Notes: generated by a model from the sequence alone, not told the origin. Positions 26,568-37,231 are shown, counted from the first letter of the stretch. The stretch: DNA of 51,780 nucleotides from an uncultured Pseudomonadota bacterium (GCA_949295475.1 CASFLC010000131.1:1-51780); one strand, 5' to 3'. Numbers and translations are program-made.

Positions 26568-28205
26568 TCAGATATAGACTACGTCTTTGAACTGAGCGGT
26601 TTCATCCTCAATTATTTTTACAAAACTTTCCTGAATGCCGAATTTCAAATTTCCGACATAACCGACATTATACAACGAAGTTTTAAACAAATTCATAATA
26701 TGCGCGCACAAATCTTCATCTGCCGGACGGGAGGTGCGGATAACCAGGTCGAATCTCCGTTCGGCGGCAATCGAAAAACCGTCAAATTGAAATTTTCCAA
26801 GGCGTGAAAAATCCGTTTCCACCAAAAAACGGGTGCCGGCATGATGCGGGCGGCGCGTTTTTTCCTGTTCCTCTTCATCCCGGTTCTTTTTAAGGGCTAT
26901 TTTTATCTGAGTCAGATTTTGACCGTCAAAAAACGGAAGCGTTACCTGACGCCAGCTGACGCCTTCCCGAACAGAAGACGAAATAAACTCGCCCAGCCGG
27001 CCGACAACTTCTTTTCCCTCAACGCCCTGCGCCGATAATTCCGCCGTTAACTCCCTGCCCAGCCAGGCCTCTACGCCACCGCCGGATGCCGCCTTATAAA
27101 AAGCATGTAGGCGCGGCAGCATCTGTTCATTTTGCGCCGGCAGCCGGTTCAGGACCTCAACGGCCAGTTCCGGACGCAAATTCTGCAGCGGGGCAACGGC
27201 CTCAAGCAAATTATTCAGCCGTTCGGGAACCGTTGTCTGAAGATTGAGCAGACGGCCTGCCACGTCCCCCTTTCCGGTTTGCGGAAGTTTTTCAAACAGG
27301 CGGGACAAATCTTCCAACAAACTATCAAGCAAAGAAACCGGACGGGACCGCACCTCCACGATCTGCAAAATCAGCTCTGCGTTTTCGGAAAGATTCAGAG
27401 GCGTTTCCGTCATTATTTTTCCCAACGATGATGATAAGACCGTCTGACTGCCGCCTGACGGTTCCACCACCGCAGGAAACGTCCGGCCGTTTAATTCGGA
27501 CAGCCCGTTCGATATTCTGACGGCTGCCTCTTTGATATTTTGCAAGGCTTCCGGCTGCTGCGTCAATGGCCGGAGAATTTGAGACAGCAGACTTTCGGAC
27601 CGGGCTGCGGGAATCTGTTGCGGCACAATACTCTGTACCGACAACCGGACTTCCGTTTCAGGAAGCACCGAAATTATCTGTTGTTTCAAATTATCGGGTA
27701 TATTCAACTGCCTGACCGTTTCCACAAACCGCGGCTTTAAATTCAGCGGGAGCGGACGAATCTGCGGCAGCGAAGCACCCAAATCCGCAGACAACGCCGG
27801 AGCCGTCCGGCCATTCTGCGATGCGGCGGCATTATTTTTTAAAAAGGCGCTGATTTTGACATCGTCAACCGAAGTTATCTGTAGACGGAGCGCTTCCGGA
27901 CGCACGGAAACCACCCGGGCCGCCAGCCGGTGCGTATCCATCGTATCCAACGGCAAAGGCGCCGACAGTTTGACATTCAGCGGAACTTCCAGCTGATTTA
28001 TCATAACCGACGCCTGCAGACTCGCATTATCCGTTTTTAAGGTGCCGTTGTTTATCAGGGTTTGCAGAAGAAGAGCGTCTCCGGGTTTGAGGTTGCCAAG
28101 CTGCGGAGGAAGCTGCGTTATCATGCCGTCAAGCCCGGCTTCCGGAAGAACCGACGATATTTCGGGCGGCAGGGAGGGAATGACCAGATTACTGTTCATC
28201 GGCAA
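26568..28205 (-). CDS. flagellar-operon protein of unknown function, weak FliK C-terminal-like region
   Basis: 545 aa, overlapping the flhG stop. The C-terminal segment RFLVETDFSRLGKFQFDG...DLVIRTSRPADEDL loosely parallels the Flg_hook segment of the FliK in this window (KIDISLKPEDLGHIEVKM...AHIISSRPETMEVL). Confidence 0.4.
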   Translation of the reverse strand: MPMNSNLVIPSLPPEISSVLPEAGLDGMITQLPPQLGNLKPGDALLLQTLINNGTLKTDNASLQASVMINQLEVPLNVKLSAPLPLDTMDTHRLAARVVSVRPEALRLQITSVDDVKISAFLKNNAAASQNGRTAPALSADLGASLPQIRPLPLNLKPRFVETVRQLNIPDNLKQQIISVLPETEVRLSVQSIVPQQIPAARSESLLSQILRPLTQQPEALQNIKEAAVRISNGLSELNGRTFPAVVEPSGGSQTVLSSSLGKIMTETPLNLSENAELILQIVEVRSRPVSLLDSLLEDLSRLFEKLPQTGKGDVAGRLLNLQTTVPERLNNLLEAVAPLQNLRPELAVEVLNRLPAQNEQMLPRLHAFYKAASGGGVEAWLGRELTAELSAQGVEGKEVVGRLGEFISSSVREGVSWRQVTLPFFDGQNLTQIKIALKKNRDEEEQEKTRRPHHAGTRFLVETDFSRLGKFQFDGFSIAAERRFDLVIRTSRPADEDLCAHIMNLFKTSLYNVGYVGNLKFGIQESFVKIIEDETAQFKDVVYI

Positions 28206-28998
28206 TCAGCCTTTTGGCTATGGCCAACACATCTTCAGCGGCCTCAGAAGTCGGGTAGCGGTTGATAATCGAGACCTGATTGCGAATCGAATCGCGAACC
28301 CGGGTGTCTCTTCTGATAATTCCCAACAACGGCGGATTGATTTTCAAAAAGTTATTGCAGGCTTTTAACAACGTATCATAAGTTCTCTGTCCTTCTCGGA
28401 CGGAATTGGCCTGATTGACAACAATGCCGATGCTGCTTCTGGGATACTGCAAGGTCATGATTTTGATAAATGCGTAGGCATCGGTTAAAGAAGTCGGTTC
28501 ATCGGTGCAGACGACAATAATCTTTTCCGCCATGCCTGAAAGTATTCTCACCGGTTTTTCAACTCCGGCGCCCATGTCCAGAATGATTTTGTTGTAATTC
28601 GCCGCAATCAGACTCAAATCTTCACCCAAAATCTGCAGCCGGCCGACCGGCATAGAAGCCAGTCCGGCAGACCCCGAACGGCCGGCTATAACGTCAAAAT
28701 GACCTTTGTCATAGTGATAAATTACCTGATTAAGGCTCAACGCACCGGAAACAACGCTGCCCAAATCGTTTTTGACCATCAAACCAAGCTGAATATCTAT
28801 GTTGGCCAGCCCTAAATCTCCGTCAAACAGAAGCGTACGCTGTTTGTAAAGGCTTAACGCATGAGCCAGAGTTATCGAAAACCATGTCTTGCCGACGCCG
28901 CCTTTGCCCGAAGCCACCGCCAGCATGTTTTTGCCTTTACGCGAACTGCGGGCACCGGGACCGCGGGGGGCAAGAGTTAATTCTTCTTTGTTTTCCAT
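28189..28998 (-). CDS. flhG: MinD/ParA-type flagellar number regulator FlhG (FleN/MotR)
   Basis: 269 aa with deviant Walker A SGKGGVGKTW, located directly after flhF. Confidence 0.8.
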   Translation of the reverse strand: MENKEELTLAPRGPGARSSRKGKNMLAVASGKGGVGKTWFSITLAHALSLYKQRTLLFDGDLGLANIDIQLGLMVKNDLGSVVSGALSLNQVIYHYDKGHFDVIAGRSGSAGLASMPVGRLQILGEDLSLIAANYNKIILDMGAGVEKPVRILSGMAEKIIVVCTDEPTSLTDAYAFIKIMTLQYPRSSIGIVVNQANSVREGQRTYDTLLKACNNFLKINPPLLGIIRRDTRVRDSIRNQVSIINRYPTSEAAEDVLAIAKRLIADEQ

Positions 28999-29015
28999 GG
29001 CTTTTACTCCTTTTT

Positions 29016-29969
29016 TCAGGACAAAATCAGTTTGGCAAGCGACCGGCTGTCAACCGGCGCCAGCCCGCCAGCAATCGACGCATTGATGCCGGCTGCGGTA
29101 AACGTCATGCCGCAACAATCGGCCAAAGACAGTACAGAACCGATGCGCCGGGTCAAATCCAGCCGGGTGGGCAGAATAAAGCGAACGCCCAATCCGGCAA
29201 AAATCTCGCCGATTTCAATGGTTTCATACGCATATCGGCCGGCATCAAAGGTCAAAATCTTATCGCATTTCAAAACTTCGGCAAAGGCAGCAACCTTGTC
29301 CACTTCCGTTTCCAGAAAAGGATTTATACCGGGCGTGTCGATTAAGACCAAACCGTATTTTTTTACCTCGGACGATATAAAATCGTACAGCCGCCGGGCA
29401 TCTTTGCAAAAAATAAAATCAAGCGCCAAAATCTCGGCAAAAGCTTTCAGCTGCTGATTGGCGCCGGCCCGAACATTGTCCGTGCTGACGATGGCTGTCG
29501 GAATTTTTTGCAATTTGGCCTGCGTCGCCACTTTTGCAATGGCCGTCGATTTTCCGGAACCGGGTGTTCCCATAAACATTTTAAACGGCGTTTTTAAATT
29601 TAATATCCGGTCATAGCGATACAACCCCTCCAGCGCCGCAGCCAGCACCCGCACATCGTCGCGGCCGCCTTTCTGTCTTCCGGTTTCCCGGCAGCGTGCC
29701 AAAATATGCTGCTGCACCAAATCAATCACGCCATGATACGACAAAGCTTCGCGAATCCGCGTATCATCAAAAAAGGCCCGAGTGTCTACCGCTTCTATCT
29801 CGTCTTTGGCATTAAAATCAAAGTCGCTTTTTTCATCAACGGCAGCCTGTATCAACACCTTGCCGTCCACCGTGCGGTTAGAAAGGATGACGGCATCCCC
29901 TCCAAGCTCCCGCCGTATCTGCTGCATGGCTTCGTTGATGTTATCCGCTATGAAATTTTTGATTTTCAT
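29016..29969 (-). CDS. flhF: flagellar biosynthesis GTPase FlhF
   Basis: 317 aa with an SRP-type GTPase core (GTPGSGKST, DTPG), between flhA and flhG. Confidence 0.75.
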   Translation of the reverse strand: MKIKNFIADNINEAMQQIRRELGGDAVILSNRTVDGKVLIQAAVDEKSDFDFNAKDEIEAVDTRAFFDDTRIREALSYHGVIDLVQQHILARCRETGRQKGGRDDVRVLAAALEGLYRYDRILNLKTPFKMFMGTPGSGKSTAIAKVATQAKLQKIPTAIVSTDNVRAGANQQLKAFAEILALDFIFCKDARRLYDFISSEVKKYGLVLIDTPGINPFLETEVDKVAAFAEVLKCDKILTFDAGRYAYETIEIGEIFAGLGVRFILPTRLDLTRRIGSVLSLADCCGMTFTAAGINASIAGGLAPVDSRSLAKLILS

Positions 29970-29971
29970 GC

Positions 29972-32086
29972 TTAAATCTGACCTACGGTTTTAATCTTGG
30001 CCTTGGGATGAATTTCGTTTTGCGACATCACAACCGTCAGAGGGCGGAAACGCTCAATAATCGAACGTACAAACGGACGGACGACCGGACTGGTCAGCAA
30101 AACGGCACTTTCCCCTCTGGAAGCCAAATCTTCCATAACCGTCCGGACTTTGTTGATAAAACCTTGCAAAGCGCTCGGCGCCATGGCCAGCTGCCGGTCG
30201 TCGCCATCGCCGACGATGGCCTCGGCAAAAGCCTGCTCCCATTCCGGAGACAGCGTTACCAGCGAAATAACGCCGAACTCGTTGGCATAAGCATTCGACA
30301 ACTGACGTGCCAGGCGGGTGCGGACATGCTCGGTTATCAGCATCAGGCTGTGCGTGGTGCCGACCGCCTCGGAAATACCTTCAAGAATAGTCGGCAAATC
30401 GCGGATGGAAACACGCTCCTGCAGCAAATTCTGCAAAACGCGCTGCAGCGCCCCGAGGCTGACTTTTCCGGGAATAAGTTCTTTGACGAGCTTTTGATGC
30501 TCTTTATCCAATTCATCAAGCAGCTTCTGCGTTTCGGCGTAAGACAGAAGTTCCGGCATATTGTCCTTGACCAATTCGGTAATATGGGTGGTAATGACCG
30601 TGGCCGGATCAACCACCGTATATCCCCGGAACATGGCCTCTTCCCGGTAAGAAGGATCTATCCACATGGCTTTAAGTCCGAATGTCGGTTCAAAGGTGTT
30701 TTCACCGGGAAGCGTTATTGTCTCGCCCCGCGGATCCATAACCAACAACTGGGTGGGCCGCAGTTCTCCTTTGCCGGATTTGACTTCTTTGATATAAATA
30801 TTATATTCGTTGGCACCCAGCTGCATGTTGTCCTGAATACGGATGGACGGCATGACGAATCCGAGTTCGGAAGCCAAAGCCCGGCGCAATGCCTTAATCT
30901 GATCCGTCAATTTGCGGTTAGCCTCTTCGTTAACCAGCGGCAGCAATCCGTAACCGATTTCAAGACGAATCAAATCGACCCGCAACGCGTTGGCTATCGG
31001 TTCATCGGCGGCCTTGGCCATTTTGCCCTGTTTTTCTTCCTGCTCCATAACGGCCTGAGCCTGCGCCATTGCCTCCTTCTGGCGTTTGTCCAGATAATAA
31101 GCGGTCGAGCCGGTCAAAGTCGCCAGCAAAATAAACGGGATGGCCGGCGTTCCGGGAAGCATGCCCAATGCCAGAGCCAGAAAAGCGCTCATGCCCAGCG
31201 CTTTAGGATAATTGGCCAGTTGCTCAAACAACACTTTGTCCGTCGAATCGGTCATGCCGGCTTTGGAAACCAAAATACCGGCGGCAACCGAAACAATCAG
31301 CGCCGGAACCTGCGAAACCAGACCGTCACCGACCGTCAGGCGCATGTATGTTTCCGCCGCATCGGAAAAACTCATGCCGTTTTGAACCATGCCGATGATG
31401 ATACCGGCCACAATGTTGATAAATACAATCAGCAGGCCGGCTATGGCATCTCCGCGTACAAACTTGGAGGCACCGTCCATGGCGCCGTAAAACGAGCTTT
31501 CTTTCGACAAATCTTCCCGGCGTTTGCGGGCTTCGTCTTCATTAATCAGACCGGAAGACAAATCCGCGTCGATTGCCATCTGTTTGCCGGGCATGGCATC
31601 CAAAGCAAATCGTGCGGCAACTTCGGCAATACGCCCCGAACCTTTGGTAATGACGATAAAATTGACTAAAACCAAAATTGCAAAGACGATGACGCCGATG
31701 ACAAAACTATTGCCCATAATGAAACCGCCGAATGCCTTAATCACCTCTCCGGCGGCGTCAGGCCCCTGATAGCCGTGAGACAGAATCAGCCTGGTAGAAG
31801 CCAGATTGAGGGAAAGGCGGTACATGGTGGTAATCAGCAAAACTAGCGGAAAAGCGCTGAATTCTGTCGGTTTTTCAATAAAAATCGCCATCATCAGCAC
31901 AATACAGGACATTGTAATCGAAAAAGCCAGCAAAACATCCAGCAACCAGGCCGGCAGAGGCATAATCAGAATAACCAGCATCAAAATAATGGCAAAAGCA
32001 AAGAAAATATCGCCGCGCCGGGTGGCACCGAGCAGCATTTCCCGAAAGCTTTTTCCGCCAAACATGTGTTGCTGTTGACCGGCCAT
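29972..32086 (-). CDS. flhA: flagellar type III export gate protein FlhA
   Basis: 704 aa with an N-terminal polytopic region, the FHIPEP-like signature (EVAARFALDAMPGKQMAIDADL) and a C-terminal cytoplasmic domain. Confidence 0.95.
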   Translation of the reverse strand: MAGQQQHMFGGKSFREMLLGATRRGDIFFAFAIILMLVILIMPLPAWLLDVLLAFSITMSCIVLMMAIFIEKPTEFSAFPLVLLITTMYRLSLNLASTRLILSHGYQGPDAAGEVIKAFGGFIMGNSFVIGVIVFAILVLVNFIVITKGSGRIAEVAARFALDAMPGKQMAIDADLSSGLINEDEARKRREDLSKESSFYGAMDGASKFVRGDAIAGLLIVFINIVAGIIIGMVQNGMSFSDAAETYMRLTVGDGLVSQVPALIVSVAAGILVSKAGMTDSTDKVLFEQLANYPKALGMSAFLALALGMLPGTPAIPFILLATLTGSTAYYLDKRQKEAMAQAQAVMEQEEKQGKMAKAADEPIANALRVDLIRLEIGYGLLPLVNEEANRKLTDQIKALRRALASELGFVMPSIRIQDNMQLGANEYNIYIKEVKSGKGELRPTQLLVMDPRGETITLPGENTFEPTFGLKAMWIDPSYREEAMFRGYTVVDPATVITTHITELVKDNMPELLSYAETQKLLDELDKEHQKLVKELIPGKVSLGALQRVLQNLLQERVSIRDLPTILEGISEAVGTTHSLMLITEHVRTRLARQLSNAYANEFGVISLVTLSPEWEQAFAEAIVGDGDDRQLAMAPSALQGFINKVRTVMEDLASRGESAVLLTSPVVRPFVRSIIERFRPLTVVMSQNEIHPKAKIKTVGQI

Positions 32087-32094
32087 TCAGCCCC

Positions 32095-33417
32095 CTATCC
32101 CTGCGGCGAAGCCGGGATATCGAATCCCTCTTCCTGATATTGTTTTAATTTATTGCGCAGCGTGCGAATGGAAATCCCCAAAATATTGGCTGCCGTCGTG
32201 CGATTGCCCATCGTATGTTTGAGCGTGTCGATAATCAGGCGGCGCTCCATGCCGGCGACCGTCTGTCCCACCTGAGGTTCCGGATTATCCGGTTGCGACT
32301 CGGGATTTATTACGGCGGAAGCATCTGTCAAAATTATCGCATCTTCGCCGATTTCATCCCCGGTGCTCAGCAAAACCGCCCGGTGCATGGTATTTTCAAG
32401 CTCACGGACATTGCCGGGCCAGAGATAATTCAAAAGTTTTTGCTCGGCGGCGGGCGCCAAATCTTTCATCGGCAAGTCGTTGAGTTCCGAAAATTTTTTG
32501 ATAAAATGCTTGGCCAGCACCGGAATATCGCCGGGACGGTCTTTTAAATCGGGAATATTGATGTTAATGACATTAAGGCGATAATACAAATCCTGCCGGA
32601 AACTTCCGTTTTTGACGGCTTCTTCCAAATTGCGGTTGGACGTGGCTATGATTCTGGCATTTACTTTTATCGGAGCCTTTCCGCCGATGCGGTCAATTTC
32701 TTTTTCCTGAATGGCGCGCAGCAGCTTGGCCTGAATACCGATATCCATTTCGGAAATTTCATCCAGCAGCAAGGTGCCGTCCGAAGCCTCTTCAAACTTT
32801 CCTATCCGGCGGGCGACGGCACCGGTAAATGCGCCTTTTTCATATCCGAAAAGCTCGGATTCCAGCAGTGTTTCGGGAATTGCCGCGCAGTTAACCGCCA
32901 CAAATTTTTTATTGGCGCGTTTGGAATTGTCATGGATAAAGCGGGAAAAGATTTCTTTACCCGTTCCCGAATTGCCCGTCAGCAGGACGCTGGCTTCCGA
33001 CGGCGCAATTTGTTTGGCCATTTTCAGTATGGCCTCGGTTTTTTTGTCGCCGTAAATCAGAGCATGATTTTCACGCGTGGCCGCCGCCAGCACCGCGCCT
33101 ATCAGTTCCGGATCCGGCGGCAACGGAATATACTCTTTGGCTCCGGCCTTAATTGCCTTGACGGCCAGAGAGGGATCATTGGCAACGCCGCAGGCCACGA
33201 CCAGAACATTTATCCGCTCCTGCTCCAGAGACGAAATAAACTTGTAAATATCGAGTTTGACATCAATCATTACCAACTCGATTGATTTTCCTGACCGCAA
33301 AATATCCAAAGCGGTTTCTATTTTGTCGGCCAAAGAGACATGACCGCCCTGCGCCACCGCAATTTTGCTGGCAGCCCCAATCTGTCCCTCCAATGTTCCG
33401 ACAATCAGTAATTCCAT
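32095..33417 (-). CDS. flbD: sigma-54-dependent transcriptional activator, FlbD-like
   Basis: 440 aa with a receiver-like N-terminus, an AAA+ sigma-54 interaction domain (GNSGTGKE, GAFTGA) and a C-terminal Fis-type HTH. Its position after fliN matches the Caulobacter fliF operon. Confidence 0.8.
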   Translation of the reverse strand: MELLIVGTLEGQIGAASKIAVAQGGHVSLADKIETALDILRSGKSIELVMIDVKLDIYKFISSLEQERINVLVVACGVANDPSLAVKAIKAGAKEYIPLPPDPELIGAVLAAATRENHALIYGDKKTEAILKMAKQIAPSEASVLLTGNSGTGKEIFSRFIHDNSKRANKKFVAVNCAAIPETLLESELFGYEKGAFTGAVARRIGKFEEASDGTLLLDEISEMDIGIQAKLLRAIQEKEIDRIGGKAPIKVNARIIATSNRNLEEAVKNGSFRQDLYYRLNVININIPDLKDRPGDIPVLAKHFIKKFSELNDLPMKDLAPAAEQKLLNYLWPGNVRELENTMHRAVLLSTGDEIGEDAIILTDASAVINPESQPDNPEPQVGQTVAGMERRLIIDTLKHTMGNRTTAANILGISIRTLRNKLKQYQEEGFDIPASPQG

Positions 33418-33436
33418 TTAGGCCTCGGTTTTGCGT

Positions 33437-33790
33437 TTATTTCGGCGCAGACTTGACAATCTCGGTCATGGTGATGCCAAGTTTGTCATCCACGACCACA
33501 ACTTCTCCGCGGGCAACCAGATTGTTATTGACATAAATGTCTATCGCCTCGCCGACTTTACGGTCAAGCTCTATAATCGCGCCTTTGTTCAACTTCATCA
33601 GCTGGCTGACTTTCATCTGAGTTTTGCCCAAAATGGCCGATACCTTAACCGGAATGTTATAGACCGCTTCCAAATCTGACGTTGAGGTCGGAATATCAAA
33701 ATCTTCCGGACCGCTGTCTTTACGCAGCACCGGTTCATCATTGAGAACGGAACTTTCATTGAGTTCGTCTAATTCTAAATTTTTATCCAT
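33437..33790 (-). CDS. fliN: flagellar motor switch protein FliN
   Basis: ORF trimmed to ATG 33790 (MDKNLELDE...), which has the SD gagagg. C-terminal SpoA/FliN domain (IPVKVSAILGKTQMKVSQLMKLNKGAIIELD). Confidence 0.88.
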   Translation of the reverse strand: MDKNLELDELNESSVLNDEPVLRKDSGPEDFDIPTSTSDLEAVYNIPVKVSAILGKTQMKVSQLMKLNKGAIIELDRKVGEAIDIYVNNNLVARGEVVVVDDKLGITMTEIVKSAPK

Positions 33791-34556
33791 TGTCCCTCTC
33801 TTTATTGGCAGATGATTTATCATCCAGCAAATCTTCTATTTTTTCAAGTGTTTTATGGCTGTTACGCTCAACGCCGCCGTTTGTCCACTCCACCAGGCAG
33901 TCGCTCATCCCCAGCGCAGCGTTTTTATGAATGGCTATTTTGCCTTCAAAATCGTTTTTGTCAGCCAGTTTGGAAATAATTTCCGCCGCTGCTCCCGCCA
34001 TTTCGGGATTAAGGCTGAAAGAAAGCGACGCTTCTTTGCCAAAGTCGGCAAAATTTTCTTCCAAAAACTTTTTGACTTCGTCCCGCGCATGCTTTTTCTC
34101 CAGCGACGGAAACAACTTTCCGACTGCGGCAGCTGCCAAGCTTAAAGCCTCACGCTCTGCCCGACGTTCCTGCTCCTTTTCTCCAGCAAACAACTCTTGC
34201 AGCCGCGTGTTCATTTCCTGCAAAAGGTCCAGCCGTTGTTTTTCAAAATCGCCGAATGCGGCGCGAAAGCCGTTTTCGTATCCGCGCTCTTCGGCCTGTT
34301 TTACCGCCGCGTCCAGTTCATCCTGACTGAACGTGGCAGCGGGCGGAGACAACGGTTCCGGCTCAGGGGCAGGCTCCGGCTCGGCAACAGTTTCAATCTT
34401 CTCTGCCTCTTCAACGGGAAGCTCTTCCGGAACTGGTTCAGGCGTTTGGGTATCCGCAACTTCCGTAACGGGGCCGGCATTGTCTGACGGAGAAGCTTTT
34501 TCATCCTCGCAGGCAATGACAAAATTATCAAACATAAATTTTTGATAGTGCGGCAC
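33783..34556 (-). CDS. fliH: FliH/FlbE-like flagellar export apparatus protein
   Basis: 257 aa with an acidic N-terminus and a FliH-like C-terminal half, located between fliG and fliN. Confidence 0.55.
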   Translation of the reverse strand: MPHYQKFMFDNFVIACEDEKASPSDNAGPVTEVADTQTPEPVPEELPVEEAEKIETVAEPEPAPEPEPLSPPAATFSQDELDAAVKQAEERGYENGFRAAFGDFEKQRLDLLQEMNTRLQELFAGEKEQERRAEREALSLAAAAVGKLFPSLEKKHARDEVKKFLEENFADFGKEASLSFSLNPEMAGAAAEIISKLADKNDFEGKIAIHKNAALGMSDCLVEWTNGGVERNSHKTLEKIEDLLDDKSSANKERDNG

Positions 34557-34573
34557 CTAACCTTTTCTCCATT

Positions 34574-35596
34574 TTAATAAACAAGCTCGTCGCTGTCTTT
34601 GCCCTCACTGACCACAATCTCACCGCTGTTGGCAAGATCTTTGGTGGTGCTGACGATATATTGCTGGGCTTCTTCCACGTCACGCAGGCGAACCGGCCCC
34701 ATGGCATCCATATCTTCTTTGATAATCTTTCCGGCGCGGGAAGACATGTTGTTGAAGAACAAATCCTTAATGGTATCGGAAGCGCCTTTCAGAGCAATTG
34801 CCAATTTGTCCTTATCAACATTGCGCAGCAAGACCTGAATACCCTGAGAATCGACACGGGTCAAATCCTCAAACGTGAACATCAAAGACTTGACGCGCTC
34901 GGCGCTTTCGCGGTTGCGTTCTTCCAGGGCCTCCATGAAACGGGTTTCGGTATTGCGGTCCAAAGAGTTGAAAATATCCGCAATCAATTCGTGCGAATCG
35001 CGTCTGGTCGACTTGGACAGATTGCTCATAAATTCTTTGCGCAAGGTCTTTTCCAAACCGTCCAAAACCTCCTTCTGAACGGAATCCATCCGCAACATGC
35101 GCATAACGATTTCCATGGCAAAGTTTTCCGGAAACAGGGCAATGACTTTTGCTGCATGTTCCGCCTTAATCTTGGAAAGGATAACCGCAATCGTCTGTGG
35201 ATATTCGTTTTTGAGATAATTGGCCAACACATGCTCATTAACATTACCGAGTTTGTCCCACATGGTACGGCCGGCCGGGCCGCGGATTTCTTCCATAATA
35301 ATGGACACGCGGTCTTTGTCCAACGCTTTGGCCAGCAGGCGCTCGGTGCTTTCGTAGGTCCCGATTAACGCGCCGGTGTTGGAAATCTTGTCATTAAATT
35401 CATGCAGAAGCTGTTCAACCACGTTGGAATTAATTTTGCCAAGACTGGCCATAATTACCGACAGCTCTTTGATTTCTTCGTCATCCATCAGCGAAAAAAG
35501 GCTGGCCGACCGCTCCTCATCCAGCGAAAGCATCAGAATGGCAGCCTTCTGCGGACCGGATAAAACATTATAATCATCAATAACGTTCTGCTTCAT
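34574..35596 (-). CDS. fliG: flagellar motor switch protein FliG
   Basis: 340 aa with typical FliG N/M/C domains ([42 protein letters not shown]). Confidence 0.95.
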   Translation of the reverse strand: MKQNVIDDYNVLSGPQKAAILMLSLDEERSASLFSLMDDEEIKELSVIMASLGKINSNVVEQLLHEFNDKISNTGALIGTYESTERLLAKALDKDRVSIIMEEIRGPAGRTMWDKLGNVNEHVLANYLKNEYPQTIAVILSKIKAEHAAKVIALFPENFAMEIVMRMLRMDSVQKEVLDGLEKTLRKEFMSNLSKSTRRDSHELIADIFNSLDRNTETRFMEALEERNRESAERVKSLMFTFEDLTRVDSQGIQVLLRNVDKDKLAIALKGASDTIKDLFFNNMSSRAGKIIKEDMDAMGPVRLRDVEEAQQYIVSTTKDLANSGEIVVSEGKDSDELVY

Positions 35597-35608
35597 GCCT
35601 GTATTTCC

Positions 35609-37231
35609 CTAATTGTCATTGTTATAAAGCCAACTGCGGATAATATTGACCGCCGCGTCGGGATTTTTTTCAACCACGGAATTAAGCTTTTTGAGCGAGG
35701 AAACCTTAACTCTGCCGTCGATTTTGTTAAGATTGACCAATTCGTCGCTGTCATCATCTTCATTAAGGAAGTTGGAGAGCAGCAGATTATCGTCATCCGT
35801 TCCGCTGAGCAGCTTGTCGCCGCCGGGGGCCGGCGTTTCGAACGCATTGTTTATCAACGGACGGATAACCAGTAAAATAACCAGAATGGCAACGATTGCA
35901 ACCCCGAGCCCTTCAGCAATCCGCAACAATTCCGCTTTGGTAAAGCCAAAATACAACGTTTCCGCAGGCTTGACCGTATCGGCCATATTGCCGGCAAAGC
36001 GCAGATTTTCAACCGCCACCAAATCGCCGCGGTTGGGGTCGTATCCGACGGCGGATTTAACCAAGTCGGTCAATTTTTCCATTTCATCGGCATTAAGAGG
36101 ACGATATTCCAACCGGCCGTCGGCATTTTTTTCATAAATCCCGTCGACCACCGCGGCCACGCTCAACCGCTTGATGGTTCCGGTATTTTTGACTTTGTTG
36201 CGGACAACTTTGGAAATCTCGTAATTAATCGTTTCTTCGGTTTTGGAACTCTGGCTGTAAGTACCGGCATCATCCGCCACCATGTCCCCGTTGGGAATGT
36301 TTTGGGCTACCGTCACCGGCTTGACATCCTGTCCGGAAGTCGTGTTTTCGGTTACGTTAGCCTGCGAGCGGATTACCTGTCCGTCGGGGTCGTAGAGTTC
36401 TTCATTGGTCACGACCTGATCAAAATCCATTTCCAGACTGACCTGCGCCTGAGCCTTTCCGGGGCCGAGGGTTCTTTCCAAAATATTGCGGACCTTGTCA
36501 GCCATTTTGCGCTCCGTTTCCAGACGGAGAATTTCGTTATTGGCATTTTTGACGGCTTCTTCGTCCTCAAAATTATTGGTCAGCAAATTGCCGGCATTGT
36601 CAACAATCGACACGTTCTTCACATCAAGCTTGGGCACCGCTGCGGCCACCAACTGTTGAATCGACTGGATGTTTTTAAGGCTGAGCTTGCTGCCGTCTGC
36701 CGTTTTGACGACAACCGAAGCCGTCGGCGTCTGCTCTTCGCGGGAAAACATTTCTCTTTTGGGAAGCACCAGATGAACTCTGGCCGAACGGATATTGTCC
36801 ACCGTGCGAATCGTCCGGGCCAACTCACCCTCCAGCGCGCGTATCAGATTGACGTTTTGCACAAAATTGGTTGTTCCCAACGCATCGGTATTGTCAAAAA
36901 TCTCATATCCGACATTAGAACCTTTGGAAGCCATCGCCAGCTCTGCGGTATCGACCCGCATCCGGTTGACATCTTCCAGCGGGACCAGAACTTCCGTTCC
37001 GTTTTTGGTCAGCCGGTACTTGACGTTGGCGCTTTCCAGACGGGAGACAATCTGCTTGGCATCCTCAAGCTCAAGATCCGTATACAAAATACCGTATTCG
37101 TCAGAATTCATCTGGACGCCGATATACACAAAAAAGCTGATTAAAAAGATGAGTATCGCCGCAATGGACGCCAAACGTCCCGGCGACATGTTCTTTAAAG
37201 CCTGTAAGATGTTATTCACCAGATTCCCCAA
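35609..37231 (-). CDS. fliF: flagellar MS-ring protein FliF
   Basis: 540 aa with two TM segments flanking the YscJ/FliF periplasmic domain. Confidence 0.93.
   Translation of the reverse strand: MGNLVNNILQALKNMSPGRLASIAAILIFLISFFVYIGVQMNSDEYGILYTDLELEDAKQIVSRLESANVKYRLTKNGTEVLVPLEDVNRMRVDTAELAMASKGSNVGYEIFDNTDALGTTNFVQNVNLIRALEGELARTIRTVDNIRSARVHLVLPKREMFSREEQTPTASVVVKTADGSKLSLKNIQSIQQLVAAAVPKLDVKNVSIVDNAGNLLTNNFEDEEAVKNANNEILRLETERKMADKVRNILERTLGPGKAQAQVSLEMDFDQVVTNEELYDPDGQVIRSQANVTENTTSGQDVKPVTVAQNIPNGDMVADDAGTYSQSSKTEETINYEISKVVRNKVKNTGTIKRLSVAAVVDGIYEKNADGRLEYRPLNADEMEKLTDLVKSAVGYDPNRGDLVAVENLRFAGNMADTVKPAETLYFGFTKAELLRIAEGLGVAIVAILVILLVIRPLINNAFETPAPGGDKLLSGTDDDNLLLSNFLNEDDDSDELVNLNKIDGRVKVSSLKKLNSVVEKNPDAAVNIIRSWLYNNDN

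Noticed and set aside
30008-31669. 553-aa ORF antisense to flhA
   Set aside because: FlhA on the minus strand is unambiguous, and the plus-strand frame has no recognisable domain.
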